A stretch of 64,000 nt of DNA from an uncultured Planctomycetales bacterium (GCA_964374105.1 CAYJXI010000003.1:13336-77335), one strand, 5' to 3'. Positions 38,124-48,130 are shown, counted from the first letter of the stretch. The notes: generated by a model not told the origin, from the sequence alone. A program made the numbers and translations.

Positions 38124-39062
38124 TTAATTCTTAATTTCAATAAAAGCATTCTTTTTTAATTTTTCTAACCAATCACGGAATCGCTTTTTAAATTTTTCCC
38201 GATACAGAATATTATAAATTTCATCTTTCGTTTCTTCCAAAGAGGCGATCTCTTCGGGCAATTTCTTTTTGACCTTAAAGAGATAAAAACCTTTTTCGAT
38301 CTCAATGATATCAGAGGAATTTCCCTCCTTCAGTTTAAAAATAACATTTTCTATCAAGGGAAGCATTTGTCCTTTTTCAATGATCCCGATGGATGGGGCT
38401 TCCGATAATTGCTTAGCGACTTTTTCAAAATCTTTGCCTTTTTTGATGAGATTCAAAGCCTGAGTGATCTTGATTTTGGCAAGTTCTGGATCCCGGGATT
38501 TAGAGACAAAGATCGATTCCAAATGGACACGTTCTTTTTTCTGATAGTTTTCAAAATGTTCTTTATAATAGTCTGTCACTTCTTGAGGATTGATAAAAAT
38601 TTTCGATTTGACTTCAGTTTCAATAGCATAATTGACTTGCAATTGGTCTCGGATTTTGTTTTTTAAATCCGTGATGGTTGCTCCATCTGCTAATAAGGCG
38701 TTAAGGAAATCTTGCTCGGAGGGATACTTAGCTTTGATCTCCTCCATTTTTTTACTGATGGCTTCTTCTCTGAGCTCCAACCCCCTTTTCTTTGCATCAC
38801 TAATAATCAGCTTATCTTCGATCAGTTGATGAATACCATTCATTTCTAGCTGGGACATAATGTTTTGGATCTGGGAAGGGCTTCGACCTTCTAACTTCAT
38901 TTGAATATAGGCCGCATTCAAATAATCTTTAAAATCTTGTAAAGTAATGACATCCTCATTAACAATAGCGATAATTCCATCTTCAATGGCCCAAGAACTC
39001 CCACAGAGGGAATTCATAACAAAGATAAAGTGTAAAATTAAAAGATAACTCTTTTTCATCAT
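38124..39062 (-). CDS. surA: SurA-like periplasmic chaperone/peptidyl-prolyl isomerase.
   Basis: Signal peptide, SurA N-terminal domain (IAIVNEDVIT) and a single parvulin PPIase domain. It sits upstream of pdxA-ksgA as in enterobacterial operons. Confidence 0.7.
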   Translation of the reverse strand: MMKKSYLLILHFIFVMNSLCGSSWAIEDGIIAIVNEDVITLQDFKDYLNAAYIQMKLEGRSPSQIQNIMSQLEMNGIHQLIEDKLIISDAKKRGLELREEAISKKMEEIKAKYPSEQDFLNALLADGATITDLKNKIRDQLQVNYAIETEVKSKIFINPQEVTDYYKEHFENYQKKERVHLESIFVSKSRDPELAKIKITQALNLIKKGKDFEKVAKQLSEAPSIGIIEKGQMLPLIENVIFKLKEGNSSDIIEIEKGFYLFKVKKKLPEEIASLEETKDEIYNILYREKFKKRFRDWLEKLKKNAFIEIKN

Positions 39063-39103
39063 AACTCCTTCAAGTCGTTGGGAGGAGAGGAATCATCTGT
39101 AAG

Positions 39104-41002
39104 CTATGATTTGTTGATCCTGATTTTTTCCAGGGAGGCCCTGAGGTGTTCAATGGAATGCTTCAAGAGACGACAATAGAGATCAAACCCCACCGTATTG
39201 ATATAACCACTCTGTTCTTTCCCTAAGAGATTCCCTGCTCCCCGGATTTGCAGATCTTCAAAGGCAATTTGAAACCCCGCCCCCAATTCACTGTATTTTT
39301 CCAAAGTTTTTAGTCTTGACTTTGCCAATTTGGATAATCCCAAGTGAGGTGGCACCATAAAATAAGCGTAAGCCTGATTACTAAATCTCCCGACTCGTCC
39401 CCGCAATTGATGAAGTTCAGCTAACCCAAAGCGGTGAGCATCATTGATGATTAAGGTGTTGGCATTGGGGATATCGATCCCTGATCCAATGATGGTTGTG
39501 CAAACCAAGACGTCAATTTCATTTTTTAAAAATTTCAACATAATAATTTCCAGCTCGCGCGAAGGTAACTGGCCATGAGCACAAGCCATTCTACCATCAG
39601 GAATAAGACGTTGTAATATTTTAGCAATTTTATCAATATCTTCAACTCGGTTGTGTAAAAAAAAAACCTGCCCTCTTCTCTTAAGTTCTCGGTCAACGGA
39701 CTGCTGAATAAGATCCTCATCAAATTCAACGATATGAGTCACCACCGGAATGCGATTTTGCGGGGGAGTTGAGATGACAGACATATCCTTGGCTCCGGAA
39801 AGGGCCAGGTAAAGAGTCCGTGGGATAGGGGTGGCGGTCATGGTCAGGACATCTACGAGAAGTTTAAAGTGTTTCAACTTCTCTTTGGCACGGACTCCAA
39901 AGCGCTGTTCTTCGTCAATGACTATAAGACCTAAGTCTTTAAAGTCAATATCCTTGGATAACAGCCGATGAGTTCCAATCACAACATCCACGGTCCCCTT
40001 TTTGAGCCCTTGGATGATTTTCTTTTGTTCCTCTTGACTGCGGAAACGGCTGAGCATGGCAATTTGTACGGGAAAATCTTTCATGCGGTTAGTGAAGTTA
40101 TAAAAATGCTGCTCGGCAAGAATTGTCGTTGGTACAAGGACTGCAACTTGTTTATGGTCCATGATCGTCTTAAAGATGGCTCTTAAGGCTACCTCGGTCT
40201 TGCCAAAACCCACATCTCCACAAAGGAGCCGATCCATGGGATGATCGGATTCCATATCGACTTTGACTTCTTGGGTGGATCGGATCTGATCCGGGGTTTC
40301 CTTAAAAGGGAATGTCTTCTCAAACTCAGCCTGCCAAGGGGTATCTTTAGAAAATTGAAACCCTTTTAAACTTGTTCGCAGGCTCTGTAAATGTAAAAGT
40401 TCCGCGGCAAGCCTTTGCAACTTTTTTTGAATTTGCGCACAAATCCGCCTCCATTCTTGCGATCCTAATTTATAAAGACGAGGAGGTTTTTTGGTAAAAC
40501 TCACATACTTCTGCACCAAGTGAATGTCATGTTCGGGAACATAGAGTTTATCTCCATCCTTGTATTCAATGACCAAATGATCCCGTTCTTTATTTTGAAT
40601 CGAGAAACGTTTGATCCCTAGAAATTTTCCAATGCCATGAGTGTTATGAACAACATAATCGCCCTTTTTTATATCGATAAAATTTTTCAGTGGAGTTTGG
40701 AGGCTAAAAATAGTTGAATCTTGGGATTTGAGGGGAAGGATCAAAACAATCTTGTGTTGCCAGATCGCCTTGCCGGATCGCATATTAAAGCTGGCGATGG
40801 AACGGATTTTATCTTCATCTAAGGCAATGCGGATGGGATTATCGAAATTGATTGGGAAAATATCAATGACTTCGCCTCGCTGGCAGAAATCTCCGACTTT
40901 TAAAACCGATCTGACCCTTTGGTATTGGTAGGCAAGGAGATTGTTGGTAATTTCATCGATGTCGATGCTCTGATCAACATAGAATTTTAAAGACTCAAAC
41001 AT
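39104..41002 (-). CDS. mfd: Transcription-repair coupling factor Mfd, compact form lacking most of the N-terminal UvrB-homology module.
   Basis: CarD/TRCF RNAP-interaction domain (KKGDYVVHNTHGIGKF...KLYVP), SF2 helicase motifs (GDVGFGKTEVALRA, DEEQRFG, the TRG region) and the C-terminal TRCF domain (GAGFQIAFEDLQIRGAGNLLGKEQSG). Only about 110 aa precede the CarD-like domain, versus about 470 aa in E. coli. Confidence 0.8.
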   Translation of the reverse strand: MFESLKFYVDQSIDIDEITNNLLAYQYQRVRSVLKVGDFCQRGEVIDIFPINFDNPIRIALDEDKIRSIASFNMRSGKAIWQHKIVLILPLKSQDSTIFSLQTPLKNFIDIKKGDYVVHNTHGIGKFLGIKRFSIQNKERDHLVIEYKDGDKLYVPEHDIHLVQKYVSFTKKPPRLYKLGSQEWRRICAQIQKKLQRLAAELLHLQSLRTSLKGFQFSKDTPWQAEFEKTFPFKETPDQIRSTQEVKVDMESDHPMDRLLCGDVGFGKTEVALRAIFKTIMDHKQVAVLVPTTILAEQHFYNFTNRMKDFPVQIAMLSRFRSQEEQKKIIQGLKKGTVDVVIGTHRLLSKDIDFKDLGLIVIDEEQRFGVRAKEKLKHFKLLVDVLTMTATPIPRTLYLALSGAKDMSVISTPPQNRIPVVTHIVEFDEDLIQQSVDRELKRRGQVFFLHNRVEDIDKIAKILQRLIPDGRMACAHGQLPSRELEIIMLKFLKNEIDVLVCTTIIGSGIDIPNANTLIINDAHRFGLAELHQLRGRVGRFSNQAYAYFMVPPHLGLSKLAKSRLKTLEKYSELGAGFQIAFEDLQIRGAGNLLGKEQSGYINTVGFDLYCRLLKHSIEHLRASLEKIRINKS

Positions 41003-41006
41003 ACCC

Positions 41007-43199
41007 TCATTTTTTCTGCCAGGCTAAAACTAATGGGGAGGCAATAAAAATCGTCGAATAGGTTCCTGAGATAAAACCAATAATAAGGCACAAGGCAAAG
41101 CTATTTAAGACCTCCCCACCCAAAAAATATAAGGACACAACAACCAGTAAGGTGGCAAAGGTCGTTAAAAATGTCCTTCCCAAGGTTTGGTTCACACTTA
41201 AGTTAATGATTTCCCCTAAGTCCATTTTTCTGAACCGATTCAGATTTTCTCTAATGCGGTCATAAATAACGATCGTGTCATTGATTGAATAACCAGCAAT
41301 CGTTAAAAGGGCGGTGATGACTAAGAGATCCACCTCTCTGCCCAACATGACCAACACACCTAAAGCCACAATCACATCGTGGACAAGGGCAATCACACCA
41401 GCGGCGGCAAAATCAAAGTGTTTAAACCGAATTCCCACATAAATCAAAATTCCGATCATCGCAAAAATAATCGCAAACAGAGCCCTTTGTCTTAAAGCCT
41501 TGCCCACTATAGGGCCAACTCTTTCCACACGCAGAACCTCAAATTCGTTATTCGGAATTCTTTCTTTGAGGGCCTTGACTACGGAATCATAGCTATCCTC
41601 ACCGGTTCGGATAATGACATTTTCTGGTTCTTGGTTGAATCGTTGAATGATGGCACTCTCCCAGCCTATCTCTTTAAGAATATTTCGTAATTCTTCGGTA
41701 GAGATCGGCTGTTTAAATCGATATTCTTGGATTTGCCCACCGGCAAAATCAATTCCATAGGCCTTATCTCCTTTTGTGATTAAGGAGGTGAGTCCTGCGG
41801 CAATAATAAGAATAGATAATATAAAGCAAATCCGTCGTATGGCAATAAAGTTAAATTTTGTGTCAGCAAAAAATTGCAGCATGGGTAACGATTTAAGGAG
41901 GTTTAAATCAAGTAAAATTAAGAAAATCGTCCTGGTCACATAAAGCGCGGTGAATAAACTTACTGTCAGTCCTATTGTCAGTGTAACCGCAAACCCTTTG
42001 ATGGGACCCGAGCCGAATTGAAACAGCATAAAGGCGGCTACCAAGGTCGTGATATTGGAATCAATGATCGCACTGAAGGCTTTGGAGTACCCGCTGCTAA
42101 TGGCGGCATGCAGAGGTCGACCGATACGGATTTCTTCCCGGATACGTTCATTAATCAGCACATTGGCATCAACCGCCATACCTAACGTTAAAATGATCCC
42201 GGCAATTCCCGGAAGTGTTAAGGTCACTTGGGAATTCGGTAAAAGGATTTTCAGTAATCCCATTGTTCCCAAAATCATAAAAAGATTGAAAATAAGGGCT
42301 ATGTCTGCAATAACACCCGCTGTCAAATAATAAATAATCATAAATCCCAACACTAAGGCAATCCCAACGATGGTCGCCATTATCCCGGCATTAATTGAAT
42401 CTTTTCCCAAAAGGGGGCCAATGGTTCGCTCTTCCTGGATCGTCATCGGAGCCGGCAGGGAACCGGATCTTAAGGAAAGGGCTAACAACGATGCCTTTTC
42501 GTAAGTGAACTGGCCGGTGATTTCGCCTTGACCGCTTAAAATAGGTTCGCGAATCTCCGGAGCTGAGAGAACTTCTCCATCAAGAACGATCGCCAGGCGT
42601 TCCTTGGTGTGTTTACGGGTGATTTCGGAAAATTTATCTGCCCCTTTAGAATTGAAACTTAGGGATATCTTAGGTTCCATTAAACCTGCGGAATCAAAAT
42701 CGACTCGGGCATCGGCAATGGTATCACCCTTTAATGCTGGCTGGGATTCGATAAGAATGGGTTCATTATCATCTTTGGAATATTTCAATTCAAACCCCTG
42801 GGGCATTTTTCCTTCCAGGGCCTCTTTAAACATTTGGGGGTTATCATTGACAAGATGAAAATTAAGCTGGGCAACCTTTCCAATCATTGTCAGGGCGGCC
42901 TCTCGATCAGTAATGCCGGGAAGTTGGACAATGATTTGATCTTCTCCCTGTCTTTGGATAACGGTTTCTCCCACTCCTAACCCATCAATACGATTTCGCA
43001 ATATCTCGATAGCCCGAATAACGGCGTCCGTTCGGGCATTGGCTTCTAATTTTTCAGTTTCTACTTTTAAAATAAGGTGCATTCCACCTTTAAGATCAAG
43101 GCCTAGGTTAATTTTTTCCTCCAAAGGAAAAGAAAAATATAACGAAGCCACAAGAACAAGGAGAACAACAAGGATTCTCCACCGTAAATTTTGACTCAT
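41007..43199 (-). CDS. secDF: Protein translocase subunit SecDF (fused).
   Basis: A 730-aa protein. The SecD periplasmic domain with GLDLKGG, then SecD and SecF TM bundles in one polypeptide. Confidence 0.9.
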   Translation of the reverse strand: MSQNLRWRILVVLLVLVASLYFSFPLEEKINLGLDLKGGMHLILKVETEKLEANARTDAVIRAIEILRNRIDGLGVGETVIQRQGEDQIIVQLPGITDREAALTMIGKVAQLNFHLVNDNPQMFKEALEGKMPQGFELKYSKDDNEPILIESQPALKGDTIADARVDFDSAGLMEPKISLSFNSKGADKFSEITRKHTKERLAIVLDGEVLSAPEIREPILSGQGEITGQFTYEKASLLALSLRSGSLPAPMTIQEERTIGPLLGKDSINAGIMATIVGIALVLGFMIIYYLTAGVIADIALIFNLFMILGTMGLLKILLPNSQVTLTLPGIAGIILTLGMAVDANVLINERIREEIRIGRPLHAAISSGYSKAFSAIIDSNITTLVAAFMLFQFGSGPIKGFAVTLTIGLTVSLFTALYVTRTIFLILLDLNLLKSLPMLQFFADTKFNFIAIRRICFILSILIIAAGLTSLITKGDKAYGIDFAGGQIQEYRFKQPISTEELRNILKEIGWESAIIQRFNQEPENVIIRTGEDSYDSVVKALKERIPNNEFEVLRVERVGPIVGKALRQRALFAIIFAMIGILIYVGIRFKHFDFAAAGVIALVHDVIVALGVLVMLGREVDLLVITALLTIAGYSINDTIVIYDRIRENLNRFRKMDLGEIINLSVNQTLGRTFLTTFATLLVVVSLYFLGGEVLNSFALCLIIGFISGTYSTIFIASPLVLAWQKK

Positions 43200-43204
43200 C
43201 GTTT

Positions 43205-43350
43205 TACTCTTTGGTTAGGGTTTAATACTTAACATTGTGTGCAACTTTTAGGTTATTTGAGGTTATAAGCAACCTGAATTAAGCTTAAGACAACCTTGGA
43301 AAGGTAACCTTGGGAACCTTTTTAACCTCATTTAACATACGTAACCTTTA
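43205..43350. repeat. Array of GGTTA / TAACC pentamer repeats in the yajC-secDF intergenic region.
   Basis: Three GGTTA copies (43213, 43251, 43261) followed by at least six (T)AACC(T) copies (43271-43347), an inverted arrangement within about 140 bp. Confidence 0.4.
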
Positions 43351-43386
43351 AAAGTCGCACACGGCGCTAATACTTAAGTTCCGGTT

Positions 43387-43680
43387 TTAACTTGTTTGAT
43401 CTTTCTTATCCTTAATGACCGCCACCGCATCCTTATCTATTTCAATCTTTACATTATCATCCACCCGGATAAGGATGGTCGTTGGTTTTATATTAACAAC
43501 CGTCCCATGGATTCCGCCAGTAGTGATGATTTGATCATTTTTCTGTAAATTGGCAATTTTTTCTTTGTGCTTTTGCTGTTTAACTTTTTCAGGTTTCCAT
43601 ACCAATAAATAAAACACAAAGATAATTAAAATGAATGGAAATAGTTGAAAGAGAATATATGCTGAGGATTGCTGAGGCAT
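43387..43680 (-). CDS. yajC: Preprotein translocase subunit YajC.
   Basis: Single N-terminal TM segment followed by the YajC consensus (LQKNDQIITTGGIHGTVVNI). Confidence 0.85.
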   Translation of the reverse strand: MPQQSSAYILFQLFPFILIIFVFYLLVWKPEKVKQQKHKEKIANLQKNDQIITTGGIHGTVVNIKPTTILIRVDDNVKIEIDKDAVAVIKDKKDQTS

Positions 43681-43722
43681 GGGTTGATCCTTAGATTTTA
43701 ATTCATCACTTTTAAATCCAAT

Positions 43723-43980
43723 TTAAGCTTTTTGGGCTTTTTTGTTTCTTTTGACGAGTGACCGAACTGTATCACTCATTTGCGCTCCGCGTTTCAGCCA
43801 TTTTTCCAATTTCTCTTCATTATAGGAAAAATGTGCCGGTTTTTTTGCCGGATCATAATAACCGAGGATATCTAAAATCCGAGTTTGCCTTGCGGAAGCT
43901 CGACTTATGGCAACGATACGATAGTTATTTCGTTTTGAGGACGATTGGCCCGGTTTTTGCATTCGAATACGTACTTCCAT
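43723..43980 (-). CDS. rpsP: 30S ribosomal protein S16.
   Basis: VRIRMQKPGQSSSKRNNYRIVAISRASARQTRILDILGYYDP matches S16. The RBS is AAGGAGGA. Confidence 0.9.
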   Translation of the reverse strand: MEVRIRMQKPGQSSSKRNNYRIVAISRASARQTRILDILGYYDPAKKPAHFSYNEEKLEKWLKRGAQMSDTVRSLVKRNKKAQKA

Positions 43981-44037
43981 GATATTTCCTCCTTATGGTG
44001 AGCTATCAGCCATCAGAAAATCTTTAAGTAGGGGCAC

Positions 44038-44065
44038 GGCATGCCGTGCCCCTACTGATAGCGGA
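44038..44065 (-). terminator. Intrinsic terminator hairpin (perfect 28-nt GC-rich palindrome) between trpE-like and rpsP.
   Basis: GTAGGGGCACGGCATGCCGTGCCCCTAC forms a 12-bp stem. A longer imperfect inverted repeat (44011-44081) surrounds it. On the minus transcript it is followed by CUUAAAGAUUUUCU. Confidence 0.5.
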
Positions 44066-44071
44066 TAGCTT

Positions 44072-45577
44072 TTAATTGTATTCATTCTGCGCTTTTTCAA
44101 TGGCTAAAATTTGCGCCTGGGCTTTATTGACCGTTTCCCAATATTCCTTTTGCGGGATCGAATCGGCCACAATGCCTGCTCCGGCCTGAATATAAGCTTT
44201 ATTCTCCCTGATAACAATTGTTCGGATGGTAATGCATGTATCTAAATTCCCAGAAAAGCTAAAATATCCGATACATCCGGCGTAAGGACCGCGGGAGACA
44301 TTTTCTAACTCATCAATAATCTCCATCGCCCGGATTTTAGGAGCGCCGGAAACTGTCCCGGCAGGAAAGGCCGCCTGTAAGACATCAAAAGCATCTTTCC
44401 CTTTTTTAAGGATCCCTTTGACATTACTGACAATGTGCATGACATGGGAGTATTTCTCAATCGCCATAAATTCAGAAACTTGAATGGACCCTTGTTGGCA
44501 TACCCGCCCTAAATCATTTCTTCCTAAATCAACAAGCATAATGTGTTCAGCCTTTTCTTTGGGATCCGTCAAAAGATCTTTGCTTAAGAGTTCATCTTCT
44601 TTTTCATCTTTTCCCCGCGGCCGGGTTCCGGCGATAGGTCGTGTTTCGACAACCCTTCCTTCACAACGCACCAAAAGCTCAGGAGAAGATCCAACAACCT
44701 TAAGATCATCAAAATTTAAGAAATACATGTAAGGAGATGGGTTAAGGGATCTTAACATTCTATAAACGTTAAAGGGATCTGTTTTGAGTTTAATCTCGAA
44801 TCGTTGAGAAAGAACCGTTTGAATGATATCGCCGCGACGAATTTTTTTCTTAGCTTCTTTGACGATATGTTCAAACTGTTTGCGACTAAAGTTCGACCGA
44901 ACCTTATGGGGATGTTTAAGGTTTGGTTTTTTATTAAACATTTTAGAAGGTTTATTAATTTTAGCAACAATTTTATCAATTTGTTGCAGAGCCCTTACGT
45001 ATGCGGAAATCAATTCTTTTTTTGTCATTTGGGAATTGACCTTAACACAGCTAACGACCTTGATATTGTGGTTCATATGATCAAAGATCACCAAATCATT
45101 GGCTTGAATCAACACCAGATCCGGCAGATGAAGATCATCTTGGGGTGGATGAGGTAATTTTTCAAAGAATCTTACAATGTCATAGCTGAGATACCCCACC
45201 AGCCCGCCGCAAAATCGTGGCAGTCCTTTGATATTAACAAATTGGTATTGAGACAGGATTTGGCGAAGATAAGGAAAAGGTGTATCCTTAATGATTTTAA
45301 TCTCTTTTTTTTGTCCCTTTTTGAAATGGATTATTTCTAGTATTTTTTCTTTGGCTTGAATCAAAAGGATAGGATCCGTTGCCAAAAAGGAGAATCGGGC
45401 AATTTTCTCTTCCCCTTCCACTGATTCCAGTAAAAAGGAATAACGAGAATGACTGGCGATTTTAGAATACGTGGATACAGGGGTATTCCAATCATCCAGG
45501 ATCTCTTTATAGATCGGAATTAAGTTGCCTTTTTTTGTCAGTTGACAAAATTCCTCCTGAGAGGGAAAAACGTTCAC
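44072..45577 (-). CDS. Chorismate-utilizing enzyme, anthranilate synthase component I family (TrpE/PabB-like).
   Basis: The N-terminal LLES motif ([12 protein letters not shown]) and the C-terminal chorismate-binding blocks ([14 protein letters not shown]). The start overlaps the hisI stop by ATGA. No other trp genes are in the window. Confidence 0.75.
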   Translation of the reverse strand: MNVFPSQEEFCQLTKKGNLIPIYKEILDDWNTPVSTYSKIASHSRYSFLLESVEGEEKIARFSFLATDPILLIQAKEKILEIIHFKKGQKKEIKIIKDTPFPYLRQILSQYQFVNIKGLPRFCGGLVGYLSYDIVRFFEKLPHPPQDDLHLPDLVLIQANDLVIFDHMNHNIKVVSCVKVNSQMTKKELISAYVRALQQIDKIVAKINKPSKMFNKKPNLKHPHKVRSNFSRKQFEHIVKEAKKKIRRGDIIQTVLSQRFEIKLKTDPFNVYRMLRSLNPSPYMYFLNFDDLKVVGSSPELLVRCEGRVVETRPIAGTRPRGKDEKEDELLSKDLLTDPKEKAEHIMLVDLGRNDLGRVCQQGSIQVSEFMAIEKYSHVMHIVSNVKGILKKGKDAFDVLQAAFPAGTVSGAPKIRAMEIIDELENVSRGPYAGCIGYFSFSGNLDTCITIRTIVIRENKAYIQAGAGIVADSIPQKEYWETVNKAQAQILAIEKAQNEYN

Positions 45578-45939
45578 TTTTTCTTATCCTTTTTGATTGT
45601 TCGGTAATAACAGCTTTTGTTAAAGGTATGGCATGCCGCTCCGATTTGCCTGACCTTGATGAGAAGGGAATCACAATCGCAATCATAGGAAATACTCTTC
45701 ACAAATTGAAAGTGGCCGCTGGTTTCTCCCTTGACCCAAAATTTCTTTCGGGATCGTGACCAGAAGCAGGTTTTGCCTAATTTCAGGGTCTGTTTGAGAG
45801 AAGCCAGATTCATATAAGCCATCATCAGGACCTCTTTTGTTTTGTCATCCTGAATGATCGCGGGGATTAATCCATCCTTATCGAATCGTAAACGATTAAG
45901 TGTCTTGGGTGTAATTTCGATTGTCTCGAGTTTATTCAT
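45574..45939 (-). CDS. hisI: Phosphoribosyl-AMP cyclohydrolase.
   Basis: GLIPAIIQD...EVLMMAYMN...TCFWSRSR...VKGETSG...DCDCDSL matches HisI. It is monofunctional, with no HisE domain. Confidence 0.85.
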   Translation of the reverse strand: MNKLETIEITPKTLNRLRFDKDGLIPAIIQDDKTKEVLMMAYMNLASLKQTLKLGKTCFWSRSRKKFWVKGETSGHFQFVKSISYDCDCDSLLIKVRQIGAACHTFNKSCYYRTIKKDKKK

Positions 45940-46691
45940 AAACGGACACTGACCTTTCTTCCTTTTAAATAGTCTTTGACACCTTGAACGGACAATTCCC
46001 CATAATGAAAAACAGAGGCCGCCAAAGCGGCATCGGCACCAGTCTTTGTCAGAACTTCATAAAAATCTTCCAATGTCCCTGCCCCTCCGGAGGCGATGAC
46101 CGGGATATTGATGGTCTGGCAGACGGCTTGGGTTAAGGGAAGATCATAACCATTCTTCGTCCCATCGTAATCCATACTGGTTAAGAGGATTTCTCCGGCC
46201 CCCAGCGTTGCGGCTTCCTTGGCCCAGCGGACGGCCTCTTTATCGGTTTTGATCCGGCCACCGTTGATATAGACATCCCAAGAGTTTTTATTTTTTTTTG
46301 CATCGATAGCAACAACAATGCATTGACTGCCAAAACGCTGGGCGGCCTCTTTGATCAATTGCGGATTTTTAACCGCGGCGGAATTAATCGACACCTTATC
46401 TGCCCCGGCATTCAAAAGTTCCCGGATATCGCTAAGATCGCGGATTCCCCCTCCCACGGTTAATGGCATAAAGACTTTTTCTGCGGTTTTTGTGACGACA
46501 TCTAGGAGAATCGCTCTCCTCTCATGACTGGCCGTGATATCAAGGAAAACAATCTCATCCGCCAAGTTCTGATCATATCCTTCGGCAATCAAGGCGGGAT
46601 CCCCGGCATCGCGCAGTTTGATAAAATTAACCCCCTTAACGACCCGGCCGTCTTTGACATCTAAACACGGGATTATTCTTTTTGTGAGCAT
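45936..46691 (-). CDS. hisF: Imidazole glycerol phosphate synthase cyclase subunit.
   Basis: [16 protein letters not shown]...GGGIR...SGGAG are HisF signatures. Confidence 0.95.
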   Translation of the reverse strand: MLTKRIIPCLDVKDGRVVKGVNFIKLRDAGDPALIAEGYDQNLADEIVFLDITASHERRAILLDVVTKTAEKVFMPLTVGGGIRDLSDIRELLNAGADKVSINSAAVKNPQLIKEAAQRFGSQCIVVAIDAKKNKNSWDVYINGGRIKTDKEAVRWAKEAATLGAGEILLTSMDYDGTKNGYDLPLTQAVCQTINIPVIASGGAGTLEDFYEVLTKTGADAALAASVFHYGELSVQGVKDYLKGRKVSVRL

Positions 46692-47440
46692 AACTTCATC
46701 GCTTTTTCAAAATCTAATTTCCCTTCATAAATCGCTTTTCCTGTGATCGCACCAATGAGATGCTTGTATTCTCTACTAACGCTCACTAGCTTCTCTACAT
46801 CTTGGAGAGAGGAGATCCCGCCAGAGGCAATGACATTGATGTTGACCGCATCTAAAATTTCTGTCAACCCTTCAAAGTTTGGACCCTGAAGCGTCCCATC
46901 ACGGGTGATGTCGGTATAAATGATGGTTTGTAGACCATACTCTGCAAATTTTCTGGCTAAGTCAGCACCTTTAATTTTGGTTATTTCAGTCCATCCTCGG
47001 TAAGCTACATAACCACCTGAACAATCTATGCTGACGGCAATACGCTCTTTCCATTCTTTTAGGATTCTTTTTAGGAATCGATGATCTTGTTGAATTGAAT
47101 CTTTTCGATAATGGATTACTCGTGTTCCAATAATAACACGTTCAATACGCGTACTTGTATCTAAAACTGATCTTATGACGAGTTGCGAACGAATACCTCC
47201 ACCAGTCTGAACTGAAATCTTAACTTTTTCTTTAATTTTTTTAATAATATCCAGGTGTTTTAACTTACCTGTCTGTGCCCCATCTAAATCCACAATATGT
47301 AACCATTGGGCCCCTTGGTCTTTCCATTTTTTAGCTACCTCAACAGGGTCGTTAGAATAAACCTTCACCTGATCAAACCGGCCTTGTACCAGACGGACAA
47401 CTTTTCCGTCTTTGATATCAATCGCGGGGATAAGGATCAT
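46673..47440 (-). CDS. hisA: 1-(5-phosphoribosyl)-5-[(5-phosphoribosylamino)methylideneamino]imidazole-4-carboxamide isomerase.
   Basis: [19 protein letters not shown]...GGGIRS...ASGGISS match HisA. Confidence 0.9.
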   Translation of the reverse strand: MILIPAIDIKDGKVVRLVQGRFDQVKVYSNDPVEVAKKWKDQGAQWLHIVDLDGAQTGKLKHLDIIKKIKEKVKISVQTGGGIRSQLVIRSVLDTSTRIERVIIGTRVIHYRKDSIQQDHRFLKRILKEWKERIAVSIDCSGGYVAYRGWTEITKIKGADLARKFAEYGLQTIIYTDITRDGTLQGPNFEGLTEILDAVNINVIASGGISSLQDVEKLVSVSREYKHLIGAITGKAIYEGKLDFEKAMKLCSQKE

Positions 47441-48042
47441 GTCTTTAGCTCAACAAAATTTTTAAGGATCTTCAAACCCACGGTCTGACTTTTCTCTGGG
47501 TGAAACTGAACAGCAAAAATATTTTCTTTGCAAACGGCGGAGGTAAATTCCACTCCATATTTTGTTAAAGTTGCTGATAGATCCTTTTCTTGGGGCTTAA
47601 CGTAATACGAGTGACAAAAGTAAACATTGGTCTGGTTTGGGATTCCTTTAAACAGACGACAATCTTTTTTAACAATATCGATCTGATTCCACCCCATATG
47701 CGGGACCTTCAAGGCTTTAAATTGCTGGACAACTCCCGGCAAAACACCTAAGCCTTCTACCGACCCGCCTTCTTCACTGGTCTCAAAAAGAAGCTGTAAG
47801 CCAAGACAGATCCCTAAAAAGGGTTTCCTGGATTTTATGGTTTCTTTGATGAGGGCAGTCAAATTTAATTCCCTTAATCTTTCGATCGCGGGTTTAATCG
47901 CTCCCACTCCCGGCAAGACGACCTTGTCGGCTCTTTTAATATCCTCCGGTTTTTGGGTAATTAAGGTTTGGGCCCCGACCTTTTCTAAAGCCTTCTGTAC
48001 ACTCCTTAAATTTCCCATACCGTAGTCGATGATGGCAATCAT
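47437..48042 (-). CDS. hisH: Imidazole glycerol phosphate synthase glutaminase subunit.
   Basis: IAIIDYGMGNLRSV...LPGVGA...GICLGLQ...FHPE is the class I GATase triad. The start is reassigned to the ATG at 48040-48042 (MIAIIDYG). The track's longer start at 48072 reads through an intergenic repeat element. Confidence 0.9.
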   Translation of the reverse strand: MIAIIDYGMGNLRSVQKALEKVGAQTLITQKPEDIKRADKVVLPGVGAIKPAIERLRELNLTALIKETIKSRKPFLGICLGLQLLFETSEEGGSVEGLGVLPGVVQQFKALKVPHMGWNQIDIVKKDCRLFKGIPNQTNVYFCHSYYVKPQEKDLSATLTKYGVEFTSAVCKENIFAVQFHPEKSQTVGLKILKNFVELKT

Positions 48043-48051
48043 GTTTATCAA

Positions 48052-48130
48052 TGTCACAAGGTCACATGACACATGTCACAAGTAAAATCCCTGAATCAAC
48101 TCCTCTAACGTGTGTCTTGTGACATGTGAC
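48052..48130. repeat. Palindromic repeat element in the hisB-hisH spacer: TGTCACAAG nonamer x2 direct plus x1 inverted, and a 15-bp inverted repeat.
   Basis: TGTCACAAG at 48052-48060 and 48074-48082. Its reverse complement CTTGTGACA is at 48116-48124. GACACATGTCACAAG (48068-48082) pairs with CTTGTGACATGTGAC (48116-48130) at 14 of 15 positions. A GC-rich imperfect hairpin lies at 48133-48166. Confidence 0.5.

Noticed and set aside
44072-45577. Calling this gene definitively trpE as part of a trp operon.
   Set aside because: No trpG/D/C/B/A are adjacent, and TrpE and PabB cannot be separated by eye. It is kept as a TrpE/PabB-family enzyme.
47437-48072. Long form of hisH starting MSCDLVTLINM.
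   Set aside because: The extra 10 codons are the translation of the TGTCACAAG palindromic repeat element. The conserved HisH N-terminus begins at the ATG at 48042.
48052-48130. Possible CRISPR array, because of the repeated TGTCACAAG.
   Set aside because: Only three 9-bp copies are present, in mixed orientation with irregular 13-33 bp spacing, and no cas genes are nearby. This is not CRISPR-like.
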